64,000 bases of DNA. Source: an uncultured Acidobacteriota bacterium (lineage in GTDB: Bacteria > Acidobacteriota > JAQAZP01). Below are positions 19,477 through 28,900 of the stretch, one piece after another; position 1 is the stretch's first letter, and each line of letters starts with the position of its first letter. Location: the NCBI GenBank assembly GCA_963836075.1, contig CAWIIB010000001.1, positions 1,760,001 to 1,824,000 of the forward strand, read 5' to 3'. The notes under the pieces are model-generated. The model did no database searches. It had not been told where the DNA came from and saw only the letters and a list, made by a program, of their open reading frames with translations. The translations under genes were made by a program, and so were the position numbers.

Positions 19477-22191
19477 TCAGTCAGAGTCCACCGGGTCGCC
19501 GGTGACGGTCAGCTCCTCCGGCTCGGGCAGGTCCAGGTCCTTGATCTGTTCCAGGATGGTGGCCTTGTCGCCCACCAGCACCAGCAGCGCCTGGTCCAGC
19601 GGCAGGGCCGCCGGGGCCAGGCCGTTGAGGTCGGCCGCGGTGGCCGCGGCGATGGTGCCCAGGTCCTCGCCCAGAGAGCGGAAGGGCAGCCCGTTGGACT
19701 CCAGGGTCTGGGCGATGGCGATCAGCCCTCCCAGCCCCTGGAAGGACTGGATCAGCTGCATCCGGTTGGTCTCCCTCGTCTTCCGCGCTTCCTCTTCCGA
19801 AATGTCCCCGGAACGCATGGCGTTGAACTCGTTGAAGAATTCCTTGAGCGCTGCGCCGGTGACCTCGGACCCCACGTCGCTGCCGGCATAGAAGTAGCCG
19901 GCGGTGGAGGTCATGACGAACTGCGAACGAGCCCCGTAGGTGAAGCCGTTCCGTTCACGGAGGTTCTGGTTCAGGCGGCTGGTGAAGCTGCCGCCGAGGA
20001 TGGTGTTCAGCAGGTCGTAATCCAGCCGGAGGGGATCAGCATAGTTCGGCCCCGGCATGTAGAAGCGGATGACGGTCTGCACCGCCCCCGGCTTGTCCAC
20101 CAGCACCAGTTTCATCTTGTCGTTGGCCGGGGGATCCAGCACCGGCTTTTCCGCCGGCGTGAAACCCGACGGGTCCTTCCAGCTGCCAAAAGCCCGCTCC
20201 AGCGCTTCTTTCGCTTCGTCGCGGGTCAGGTCGCCGGCAACGAAGAAGGTGGCGTTGCCCGGAGCCGCCAGTTCGGCCCAGGCGGTCTTCACGTCGTCCA
20301 GGGTCAGCTTCTCCACCGTGTCCACCGTCCCCTGGGACGGACGGCCGAACGGGTGGTCGTCACCGTAAAAGGCGCGCATGCCCACCAGCGTCGCCACCGA
20401 GCCGGGCCGGTCCTGGGCCTGTTTGAGACCCTCCAGGTGCAGCGACCGGACGCGCTCCCACTCGCCCGAATCGAACCGCGGGCGGAGAACGGCATCGGCG
20501 TAAAGACCCAAGGCCTTGTCAAAGTTGCTCTTCAACACAGAGAGGTCCACGCCGGAACTGTTCCGTCCGGCATAGGCGCTGAAGTTGGCCCCCAGCAGAT
20601 CCAGGGCGTCGGAGAAGGCCAGGGCATCGAGGTCCCCCGCCCCCTCGTCGAGCATGGCGGCGGCCAGCTGGCAACGGCCGGACCGTTCGCCGTCGAGCAG
20701 CACCGAGCCGCTGGGCAGGAAGAGCGAGAGTTCCACCAGCGGCAGCTCGCTGCGCTGCCAGTGCCGCACCTCGATGCCGTTGGAGAGGGTGAAGACCTCG
20801 GGGGCCGTGGGCTCGAAGGGCTTGATGGCACTCTCCGCCGGCGCCTCGTCGCGGCCGGCCAGCACCAGCCCCTCGTCCTCGGGCAGGACGTGCATGATCA
20901 GCCGGGCCTCGGGATCCATGACCTGGGCGGCCATGGTGCGAATGCCGTCCACCGTGGCGCCGCGGTAGCGGTCCAGGTCGGCACCAAAGGAGTTGGGCTC
21001 GTCAAAAAAGTGGTTGTAGCGGTTCAGCTGGTCCGCCTTGCGCAGCACCGACTGCAGGCCGTTGAGCATCTGGTATTCATAGGCCGCCTGGTGCCGGGCC
21101 AGTTCTTCCGCAGTGGGGCCTTCGGCGACGAACTCGGCCAGCACCTCGTCCACCGCCTTTTCGATGTCCACCAGGGAGACACCCTGGCGGGCCATCACCT
21201 CGACGGTGAACAGCGAACCGAGGCTGCCCGACCGCTGGTAGGCCCGGGCGCTGGTGGCCAGCTGATCCTCGTAGACCAGCCGCTTGTAGAGCCGGCTGGT
21301 CTTGCCCGAGCTGAGCACCGCCGCGGCCAGGTCCATTTCGGCATCGCCGGGGGCGAACAGCGCCGGGCTGTGCCAGACCATGGTCAGCCGCCCGAACTGC
21401 ACCTTGTCGGTGTAGGTGACCCGCTTGACGCTGTCCAGTTTCAGCGGCTGCGCCGCGGCGTGCACCGGGTCGGCGTCCCGGGGGATGGTGCCGAAGAGGG
21501 TGGCCACCAGCGGCTTGATCTCCGCGGGGTCGAAATCGCCGGCGATGACCAGCGAGGCGTTGTTCGGCAGGTAGAAGGTGGAGAAGAAGTCCTTCACGTC
21601 CTGTACCGTGGCGGCCTTGATGTCGGCCACCGTGCCGATTATCGAAATGTGGTAGGGGTGGCCGGGGGGGTACATCAGCTCGTTGATCTTCAGGTCGGCC
21701 ATGCCGTAGGGGCGGTTCTCGCTGGTCTGGCGCCGCTCGTTGAGCACCACCTCGCGCTGTTTTTCCAGTTTCTCCGCGTCCATGTTGTCGCCGAGGGCCT
21801 CGAGGCGGTCGGCATCGAGCCACAGCAGCATGGGCAGCAGGTTGCTCGGCCCGAAGGAGAAATAGTTGGTGCGGTCAAAGCTGGTGGAAGCGTTGTTCCA
21901 GCCGCCGCCGGCCTCCATGATGTTGTCGAAGTCGCTCCCCGGGACCCGTTCGGTGCCCATGAACATCAGGTGCTCGAAGAGGTGGGCGAACCCGGAGCGG
22001 CCAACCGGTTCGTCCTTGCTGCCGACGAAGTACCAGGTGTTGATACAGGCCACGGGCAGGCTGTGGTCCTCGTGGAGGATCACGGTCAAACCGTTGTCCA
22101 GCTGGTATTTTTCGTAGGCGATCTCCTGGGCGGCCAGCGGAGCCGCCAGGCAGAGCGTGAGCAGAATCAGGATCGGGAATCGGCGCAGCAT
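19477..22191 (-). CDS. M16 (insulinase/pitrilysin) zinc peptidase, exported
   Basis: Signal peptide, GFAHLFEHLMF (HxxEH), NASTSFDRTNY, second half with SRLNQNLRERNGFTYG. Confidence 0.95.
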   Translation of the reverse strand: MLRRFPILILLTLCLAAPLAAQEIAYEKYQLDNGLTVILHEDHSLPVACINTWYFVGSKDEPVGRSGFAHLFEHLMFMGTERVPGSDFDNIMEAGGGWNNASTSFDRTNYFSFGPSNLLPMLLWLDADRLEALGDNMDAEKLEKQREVVLNERRQTSENRPYGMADLKINELMYPPGHPYHISIIGTVADIKAATVQDVKDFFSTFYLPNNASLVIAGDFDPAEIKPLVATLFGTIPRDADPVHAAAQPLKLDSVKRVTYTDKVQFGRLTMVWHSPALFAPGDAEMDLAAAVLSSGKTSRLYKRLVYEDQLATSARAYQRSGSLGSLFTVEVMARQGVSLVDIEKAVDEVLAEFVAEGPTAEELARHQAAYEYQMLNGLQSVLRKADQLNRYNHFFDEPNSFGADLDRYRGATVDGIRTMAAQVMDPEARLIMHVLPEDEGLVLAGRDEAPAESAIKPFEPTAPEVFTLSNGIEVRHWQRSELPLVELSLFLPSGSVLLDGERSGRCQLAAAMLDEGAGDLDALAFSDALDLLGANFSAYAGRNSSGVDLSVLKSNFDKALGLYADAVLRPRFDSGEWERVRSLHLEGLKQAQDRPGSVATLVGMRAFYGDDHPFGRPSQGTVDTVEKLTLDDVKTAWAELAAPGNATFFVAGDLTRDEAKEALERAFGSWKDPSGFTPAEKPVLDPPANDKMKLVLVDKPGAVQTVIRFYMPGPNYADPLRLDYDLLNTILGGSFTSRLNQNLRERNGFTYGARSQFVMTSTAGYFYAGSDVGSEVTGAALKEFFNEFNAMRSGDISEEEARKTRETNRMQLIQSFQGLGGLIAIAQTLESNGLPFRSLGEDLGTIAAATAADLNGLAPAALPLDQALLVLVGDKATILEQIKDLDLPEPEELTVTGDPVDSD

Positions 22192-22335
22192 TGTTCATCC
22201 TCCTCAAGGGCAAAAACATTTCAACCCGGACTGCTCGGCAACGAGTACGCCGGGAAATATCAGGCGTTCGGAACCGGGGGATTGTAACATGCCCCCCGCC
22301 CCGGCGGCAGCCATTCCGGGAACTCCGGCCTCGGC

Positions 22336-22364
22336 TTGACTTGAATGGCTGCAAATTCTAGAAT
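22336..22364 (+). promoter_or_regulatory. Sigma70-type promoter
   Basis: TTGACT-17 nt-TAGAAT upstream of ATG 22479. Confidence 0.65.
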
Positions 22365-22478
22365 AATAACGTTTTACAGGAACCATAGTTCATTCATCAT
22401 GGAACTTTCATATCTCTTTGCCGCTACCGGGTAAGTGACGGATGTGGGGTAGTTATTGTTTTTCCAGGGAGGTCATCG

Positions 22479-23861
22479 ATGAGCAGAAAGGCCGCGAAGA
22501 AAGAGCAGGAAAACCGGGTATCCCGCCGCCAGTTCCTCGAACTGGGCGGAGTGGCGCTGGCTGCCGGGTCGCTGACCATGTGCGCCGGTAAAACACCGGT
22601 GGCCGAGCCGGCGGACAGCGCCATGGTCGCCGGATCGCTGGTCAAGAAGCACTACCGGCTGGGGCGCACCGGGTTCGAAGTCTCCGATGTGAGTATGGGC
22701 TGCGGCCAGATCAGCGAGAGCAACGTGGTGCGCTACGCCTACGACAAGGGGATCAACTACTTCGACACTGCCGAAGGATACGGCAACGGCGATTCGGAGA
22801 AGAAGATCGGCGAAGCCATGCAGCACCTGGACCGCAAGAGGATCTTCATCACCACCAAGCTGCAGATCAAGGAGGAGGACACCGAAACCACCATCCTCGA
22901 CCGCTTCGGCAAATGCCGGGAGCGGCTGCAGACCGACTATGTCGACGCCCTGTTCATGCACTCGCTGAAATCGGCCGACTTGCTGGACACCCCGCACTTC
23001 CACTCCGCGGTGGACAAGCTGATCGCCGACGGCAAACTGCGCTACCGCGGCGTCTCCAACCATGGCCCCCGGGGCGAGGGAGACAGCATGGAGAAGGTGC
23101 TGGTGGCCGCGGCCGAGGACGGGCGCTTCGACCTGATGCTGCTCTCCTACAACTTCCTGAACAAGGAAGAGGCGGAGAACGTCCTGGCCGCCTGCAAGAA
23201 GAACGACGTGGGCACCACGGCGATGAAAACCCAGCCGGGGATGCTGGAGGTGCCGCACTTCGACCCGGACAACCCCAGCGAAGACTTCGCCAACTTCATC
23301 AACTCCCACATCGAGGGGGGCGGCACCCGGGAGGAGGCCATCGAGCGGATCAACGGCTGGATCGCCCGGCAGGCGGAGGGCATCGCGAAGGTCAAGCCCT
23401 TTGTGGACAAATACGGCATCACCACCGAAGACCAGCTGACCGCCACCGCGGTGCAGTGGGTGCTGCAGAACCCGGACATGCACACGGTGACCGTCTCCTC
23501 CCCGGACTACGAGCGGATCGACCTGGCGCTCTCCGTCTCCGGCAAGCCGCTCAGCACCGCAAACGTGGCCTTCCTGCGGGACTGTGAAAAGGTGCTCGGT
23601 GACCAGTATTGCCGCCACGGCTGCAACGCCTGTGTCAGTTCCTGTGTCCACCGGCTGCCGGTGAACACCATCATGCGTTACGCGTACTACGCCAAGTGCC
23701 AGGGCCGCGAGAAGCACGGCATGGTCAAGTATGCCGGCCTGAAGGAGCAGAGCGCCGCACTCTGCCAGACCTGCAGCGCGCCCTGCCGCGGGGCCTGCCC
23801 TCACGGTCTGGATGTGCAGGGGCAGCTGCTGCGGGCCCACTCGCTGCTCACCTTGGCCTGA
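22479..23861 (+). CDS. Aldo/keto reductase with Tat-like leader and C-terminal 4Fe-4S dicluster domain
   Basis: SRRQFL, LGRTGFEVS, GINYFDTAEGYG, CRHGCNACVSSC and CQTCSAPCRGACP. Confidence 0.9.
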   Translation: MSRKAAKKEQENRVSRRQFLELGGVALAAGSLTMCAGKTPVAEPADSAMVAGSLVKKHYRLGRTGFEVSDVSMGCGQISESNVVRYAYDKGINYFDTAEGYGNGDSEKKIGEAMQHLDRKRIFITTKLQIKEEDTETTILDRFGKCRERLQTDYVDALFMHSLKSADLLDTPHFHSAVDKLIADGKLRYRGVSNHGPRGEGDSMEKVLVAAAEDGRFDLMLLSYNFLNKEEAENVLAACKKNDVGTTAMKTQPGMLEVPHFDPDNPSEDFANFINSHIEGGGTREEAIERINGWIARQAEGIAKVKPFVDKYGITTEDQLTATAVQWVLQNPDMHTVTVSSPDYERIDLALSVSGKPLSTANVAFLRDCEKVLGDQYCRHGCNACVSSCVHRLPVNTIMRYAYYAKCQGREKHGMVKYAGLKEQSAALCQTCSAPCRGACPHGLDVQGQLLRAHSLLTLA

Positions 23862-23862
23862 G

Positions 23863-23912
23863 GAGGGGAAAATGGGGGCTGTCCCGTCCCGGGACTGTCC
23901 CCGTTTTCCCTC
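23863..23912. repeat. Intergenic palindrome (REP-like, GGGACTGTCCCC type)
   Basis: GGGAAAATGGGGGCTGTCCC-GTCCC-GGGACTGTCCCCGTTTTCCC imperfect hairpin without a U-tract, between co-oriented genes. Confidence 0.55.
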
Positions 23913-23931
23913 AAGATCCAGAGGGACGAAT

Positions 23932-24762
23932 ATGCTCAAGAAATACTACCTGTTGATTGCCATGCTCCTTTTCACCATCCCGGCCGCTGCAACGGACTTC
24001 CCGGCGGTGGAGGGATGGACCCTGGCCGGCGAGGTCACGGTCAAGTCCCCGGACAACCTCTGGGAGTACAACAACGGGGCGGCCGAAGCCTTCCTGGCTT
24101 ACGGGTTCCAGGGCCTGAGCTATGCCGACCTGAAGGCCGGCGAACTGGTGGTCACCGTGGAAATCTACGATATGGGTTCGCCGATCAACGCCTACGGCAT
24201 CTACACCACCGAGCGTTCCAGCGACGCCCAGCGGATGGACATCGGCGCCGAAGCGGCGTTGGCCCTGCCCTACCAGTGCCTGCTGCTCAAGGACCGCCAC
24301 TACGTGAAGTTGAACCTCTACCAGGGGGAACTGAACCGCGAGAAGGCCTCCGCATTGCTGGAGGCCCTGGTCGCGGCCCTGCCCGGCAAGGACGGCTGGC
24401 CGGCGGAACTGGGTCTGCTGCCCGAAAAGGGCCAGGTGCCCGGCTCGGTGGGCTACACCCGGGAAGCCTACCTCGGGATGTCCGTGCTCACCAACTCTGT
24501 TCACGCGGAGTATGAGGGCGGGGAAAAACCTTTCCAGCGGTTCACCATCCTCGCCGGATCCGCGGACCAGCGCCGGGCGGCCTGGGACAGGCTGGCCGCC
24601 AAGTGGACCGCCGCGGAGCTGAAGGGGGAACCGCTGCTCTGGAAGGAAATCCCCTACCAGGGGATCACCGGTGTCATCCTCACCGACAAGGGCATTTTCG
24701 GGGTCAGCAGCTGCGCCGATGAAAAAGAGATGATGGAGCGGCTGAAGGTCTTCCTCAACTGA
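23932..24762 (+). CDS. Exported protein, DUF6599-like
   Basis: Signal peptide, PDNLWEYNNGAAEAFLAYGF and VEIYDMGSPINAYGIY motifs. Lies downstream of the AKR/Fe-S gene (family call from memory). Confidence 0.7.
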   Translation: MLKKYYLLIAMLLFTIPAAATDFPAVEGWTLAGEVTVKSPDNLWEYNNGAAEAFLAYGFQGLSYADLKAGELVVTVEIYDMGSPINAYGIYTTERSSDAQRMDIGAEAALALPYQCLLLKDRHYVKLNLYQGELNREKASALLEALVAALPGKDGWPAELGLLPEKGQVPGSVGYTREAYLGMSVLTNSVHAEYEGGEKPFQRFTILAGSADQRRAAWDRLAAKWTAAELKGEPLLWKEIPYQGITGVILTDKGIFGVSSCADEKEMMERLKVFLN

Positions 24763-24789
24763 CCCGTGCCATTTATCGAAAAAAGTGGC

Positions 24790-24874
24790 AGTCACCGTTT
24801 CGGATGAACCTGCTCCGGTAGGGCCGCCGCCTTTCGCGGTATTACCGGAGTCGTGTTCAATCCGATTGTTAGCC
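24790..24874 (-). mobile_element. Integron attC recombination site (85 bp; R' non-canonical after the crossover G)
   Basis: Minus strand: R'' GGCTAAC, 5 nt, L'' GATTGAAC, internal stem CTCCGGTA/TACCGGAG, L' GTTCATC (one base shorter than L''), 6 nt, R' G|GTGACT. Confidence 0.75.
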
Positions 24875-24939
24875 GAAAGCTGTCAATTTCATTTCAACTA
24901 CTTGCCTTCTGTTATAAAGAATACTTATCTCGCATCGCG

Positions 24940-25761
24940 TTATTTGGTACTTTCCAGGGTTGGAAGGAGTTCGTTCCGTATCCATGCATGATGTGGCTCC
25001 AAGGAAAGACCTCTTTGGTATGCTGTCCGTGCACCCATGTCGTCACCAGTCTCCGCCAACGCCTGCCCTAACCAGACGTAAACGTCGATTCGTCCCCAGT
25101 CGGGCCAAGGTTTTAATGCGGGCTCTCTCTCAAATAGCTCTTCCGCCCGTCTTAACTTCTCCTTTGCCAACTCTAGACCACCTCCGAACAGTCTTGGTGT
25201 ATGAAATGCACTTATTGCCTGCTGTAGGATGACACGCGGATTGTTTGGTGAGATCTTCTCCGCTCGGTCCAAAGTCTCGCTAGCCTTCGGTCCTAGCCTC
25301 ATTCCTTTCCAAGCATTGTTGATCTGTCTTCCATAGACAGAACCTAGCAGTGCTAAGGCCTCAGCGTTGTCTGGGTCTTTAAGAATCAGGGCTTCAAGGA
25401 CCCCCTCGGCCTGTTTAAGTAAACGAGCGCCCTCTTTTTCATCCAACAAATCGACAAGACGCCAGATCACATAGGCAAGTGTGTAATGGCGAAGTCCTGC
25501 ATCTACTCCCCCACTCTGTGAATCACTTTCAAGCTCTTGACGAAAGTGATTCAACTTTTCAGCGTCACCCAGGACCACTGCTCGTTCGAGCTCATCGACA
25601 AAGGCAGAGAAGTCATTTGCAGCCTTGGATTCCGATGCCGACACCAGAATTGTTAAAATGAGAAATCCAATCAATAACCAAGACCTTTTGGCATTTGATA
25701 GTCTATTCTGCATTCCAGGCAGCCTCGGTCCGTTGACGCCAATAGTTATTAATGCTGACAT
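24940..25761 (-). CDS. TPR-repeat exported protein carried on a low-GC gene cassette (start may be 25713)
   Basis: DPDNAEALALLGSVYG and VYVWLGQALAETGD...ARTAYQRGLSLEP TPR motifs, hydrophobic leader, AT-richer than the flanks. Confidence 0.8.
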   Translation of the reverse strand: MSALITIGVNGPRLPGMQNRLSNAKRSWLLIGFLILTILVSASESKAANDFSAFVDELERAVVLGDAEKLNHFRQELESDSQSGGVDAGLRHYTLAYVIWRLVDLLDEKEGARLLKQAEGVLEALILKDPDNAEALALLGSVYGRQINNAWKGMRLGPKASETLDRAEKISPNNPRVILQQAISAFHTPRLFGGGLELAKEKLRRAEELFEREPALKPWPDWGRIDVYVWLGQALAETGDDMGARTAYQRGLSLEPHHAWIRNELLPTLESTK

Positions 25762-25868
25762 ATCTATCGAGTCCCTCTTTCGATCATTCTCTGTGTGCAG
25801 TTAACGCCAACCATCACCGGTGAAGACGTATGACGTTATACGTCAAGAACGTCGTTTTCTTCTGGGGC

Positions 25869-25887
25869 GTCTAACGCCTGGATATAC
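25869..25887 (-). mobile_element. attI-like simple site at the upstream cassette junction
   Basis: Minus strand GTATATC-CAGGC-G|TTAGAC (L box, 5 nt, GTTRRRY core) at the edge of the low-GC segment. Confidence 0.5.
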
Positions 25888-25914
25888 GGAAATCAGCCCC
25901 TCTGAGCGGTGACC

Positions 25915-28900
25915 TCAGTGGCAGAGCGCCTCGGCCGGCACCTGCTGCCGCGAGGTCTCCGGGCCGGACCACCAGAGTTCCAGCACCGCGTCCACGCCGT
26001 CCTGGAAGTATTCGATGGCCAGTGAGTGAAGTCCGGGGGCCAGGGCCAGCTCGGCCTTGACCTCGCGACTGCCGTGCAGGCCGTCATTGGCGATCACTTC
26101 CTCACCGTTGAGCAGCAGCCGGCTGCCGTCATCGGAGTTGAGGCCGATGGTGTAGACCCCTTCCACGGACACACGGAGATAGCCTTCGAGGGTCACACCG
26201 AAATTCACGTCCCGGGCGTCGTCGGGCAAGGACACCGTCGGCAGAACAGCAGTGCGGTCCGGTGTGATGGTGCCGAAATCGGGCAGTTTCTCCCAGTCCC
26301 CCTCGAAGTAGCGGCAGTCCAGTCCGTCACTCGTGGGCTCGGCGGTTACGCCTGGTTGCGGCTCCAGCTTGCGGAATTCCGCCCGGGCCACGAAGGAACT
26401 GTCCAGGCCGGGGGCAAAGGCTCGGGCCCGCAGTTGCGCCGGTTCGGCAACCACGATCGGTCCCTTGTACAGCATGGCGTTTTCCGCCGGGTCGCTGCCG
26501 TCCAGGGTGTAGCGGATCTCAGCGCCCCTGTTGGGGGACGAGAGGACAACTTCCAGGCTGTCGGTGAACGCCCGTGCTTCGGTCTCCACCACCACCCCGC
26601 TCCGCTCGGTCCGGTCATAGAGCGGCCAGGCCGGCACTACCTCGGCGTTGGGATTGACTGCCACGGTGACTGCCAGCAGTTTCACCGCCGGGTCGTCGGG
26701 AAGGGTCAGCATGCGAGCACCGGGAGGGAGAACTAATTCGTAGCGAAAGAGGTTGGTAAAGGTGTAAGACTGGTTCTCGCCGTCCGGTCCGTGGCGGTGC
26801 GAGCCAACCCAGGCCACCGGCGTCTCGTTGATGTATGCCGGGAGAATCTGCTCCGGGTCATGCACCAGCAGGTCGCCGTGCAACCGGCTGTCCCACTGCC
26901 CCACCGGGCTGGCCCAGTCCTCGATCCAGCGCTCCTCCACCCGGTCGTCGATACTGAACGCGGCCGTGCGCCCGCCGTCCACCGCGGCGGCCAGCAGGTA
27001 GAGACGGTTCCAGCCGCCGGCGGGCAACGGGATCTTCTGCCCCCGGCATTCCACCACGTTGCGCGCCCCGGCCCTGTCCCGGCCCATGGCAAAGGTGATC
27101 CCCTCGCGAACCACCTTGTCCGGCAGCAGGTCGCCGGAGATGCTGTTGCCCCGGCCGTCGAAATCGCCGTCGGTGCGACCGCTGTCCAGGCTCACCCCGT
27201 CGCTGTTGAACGGCAGGTCGAGGGGCCGGCTCTGCGGCGGGTCGAGGGTCACCGGCGGCTCACCCGGCTCGATGGCAAAGGTGCGCAGCTGGCAGGGTGC
27301 CAGGCGACTGACGCGCAGCATTCCCCTCCCGTCCCTCTCATCCTCAAGTGGCTCTTCGACGCCGTTCAGTTCGGCGAAAGATCGGACTGGCGCCGCCGGC
27401 ATCGCCACCTGGACGTTATCCAAACCCTGTCCGGTCTTATCCAGCAGGCGGACCACCACCCGGTCATCATCTTCGGCCAGCTTCACCGCTTGTATCGCCG
27501 CGTGCCTCGTTGAGCTGCGGAGGAGTGAGAACTCCCGGTTCAGAGGTCCGGGATGCTTTGGGACCCGAAAGGCCATCAGCGGCTGGTTGAACTTCGCAGC
27601 TTCGTAAGAGGGGACCACACCCGTAAAGAACCAGCTGTCCGGGTGGCCCACCACGGCGAATCCCAGACGGTGGGATCCCAGGTCCTGGGACTTCTGGTCG
27701 TCGATCCAGCCCCAGCGATCATTGACCCGCGGGGTGTGAAGCAGGGTCAGGCGAAGAGTGTTCTCCGCCGGTCGGTCCCAGCCATAGCGGCTGTCGGTAA
27801 GCAGGGCAACACCCCCGTCGTTGTTCGGTGCGCCAAGGTCCACCCACTGCTGAGCCGGTACCTCGTAGAGTTGCTCCTTGTTGACCCCGCGTTGGATGGT
27901 CCCCACCCCCAGGTCGTAGGTAGCGGTGGCCTGCTCCACCGCCAGGGGAAAGACTGCCTTGAGCAATGTGCCCGGCGACTTCCACTGAATCAGGTTATCC
28001 ACCTCCACCCGGCTGCCGGCACCGCCGGCGGCAAGACTCACCCGCTGGATGAACTCCGATCCGCCTGCCCGACGGACAATCTCCAGCACGACCCGGGCCG
28101 GACCGCTCTCGACCGCCCCTATTTCCATCGGCCCGGTCACCACTTCACGGGGCTCGGCCATCAGGTCAGCGTAGTCGATCTCCCAGGCAGCCCATTCCTC
28201 GGGCTCGTTGTCCAGCAGCTGAAGGGTCAGCGGGCCGGCCAGCAGTTCGCGGCCCAGTTCCTTGTCGAAAATCGAGGCGATGTCGCCGTTGTCGTCAACA
28301 CTCACCCGGTATCGGCGGTTCTCCAATCCCTGCTCGTTCACCAGCAGCCCGGTGTCCAGGGCACAGGGAGCGTCGGCAGGCCGTACGTCGAATACCGAGA
28401 AGCTGACCGGGAGGACCGGGGCGATGAACACCAACCGCACGGTGTCGCCCTCCGTTGACAATATCTGCGACGGTACTTCGTACTCGTAAGCACCGTCGTC
28501 GTCCGTACCGTAGACCCGGACAAAAGGCGGCGCGCCGCCAGGAAAACGCACCTCGGCCTCCACCACGTCTTCGCGAGAGCCGGCCAGGGGGTTGTAGACC
28601 ACCAGCGGGGTCCCCTCGACCTCGGTGTCCAGGGCGCGGCTCACCGCGGCCACCGAATCGGTGAGCACCGCGGCGAACTGGTTCAGCGAGATCAGCTGGT
28701 CATTCCAGGAGTGGACGTAGGCCTCGGGGATGCTGGTGCCGGTGAGGTCGTCGTGGAACTGGTGGGCGAGGAAGCGGGTCCAGGCCTCGCGCAGGGTCTC
28801 CCGGGGGTACTCGGCGCCGCCCAGCCAGTGGGCGGCCACCGCGGCCCGCTCGGCGGCGTCGGCCAGCAGCTCGTTCTGGCGGTTCCAGCGCTTCATCGCC

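Noticed and set aside
19330-22287. 985-aa plus-strand ORF
   Set aside because: Antisense shadow of the M16 peptidase. It has no motifs, and such shadows are typical of high-GC coding DNA.
25795-25845. Possible second attC (GTATAAC...GTTAACT on the minus strand)
   Set aside because: The cores are only about 29 nt apart and there is no L''/L' pair, so it is too short for an attC.
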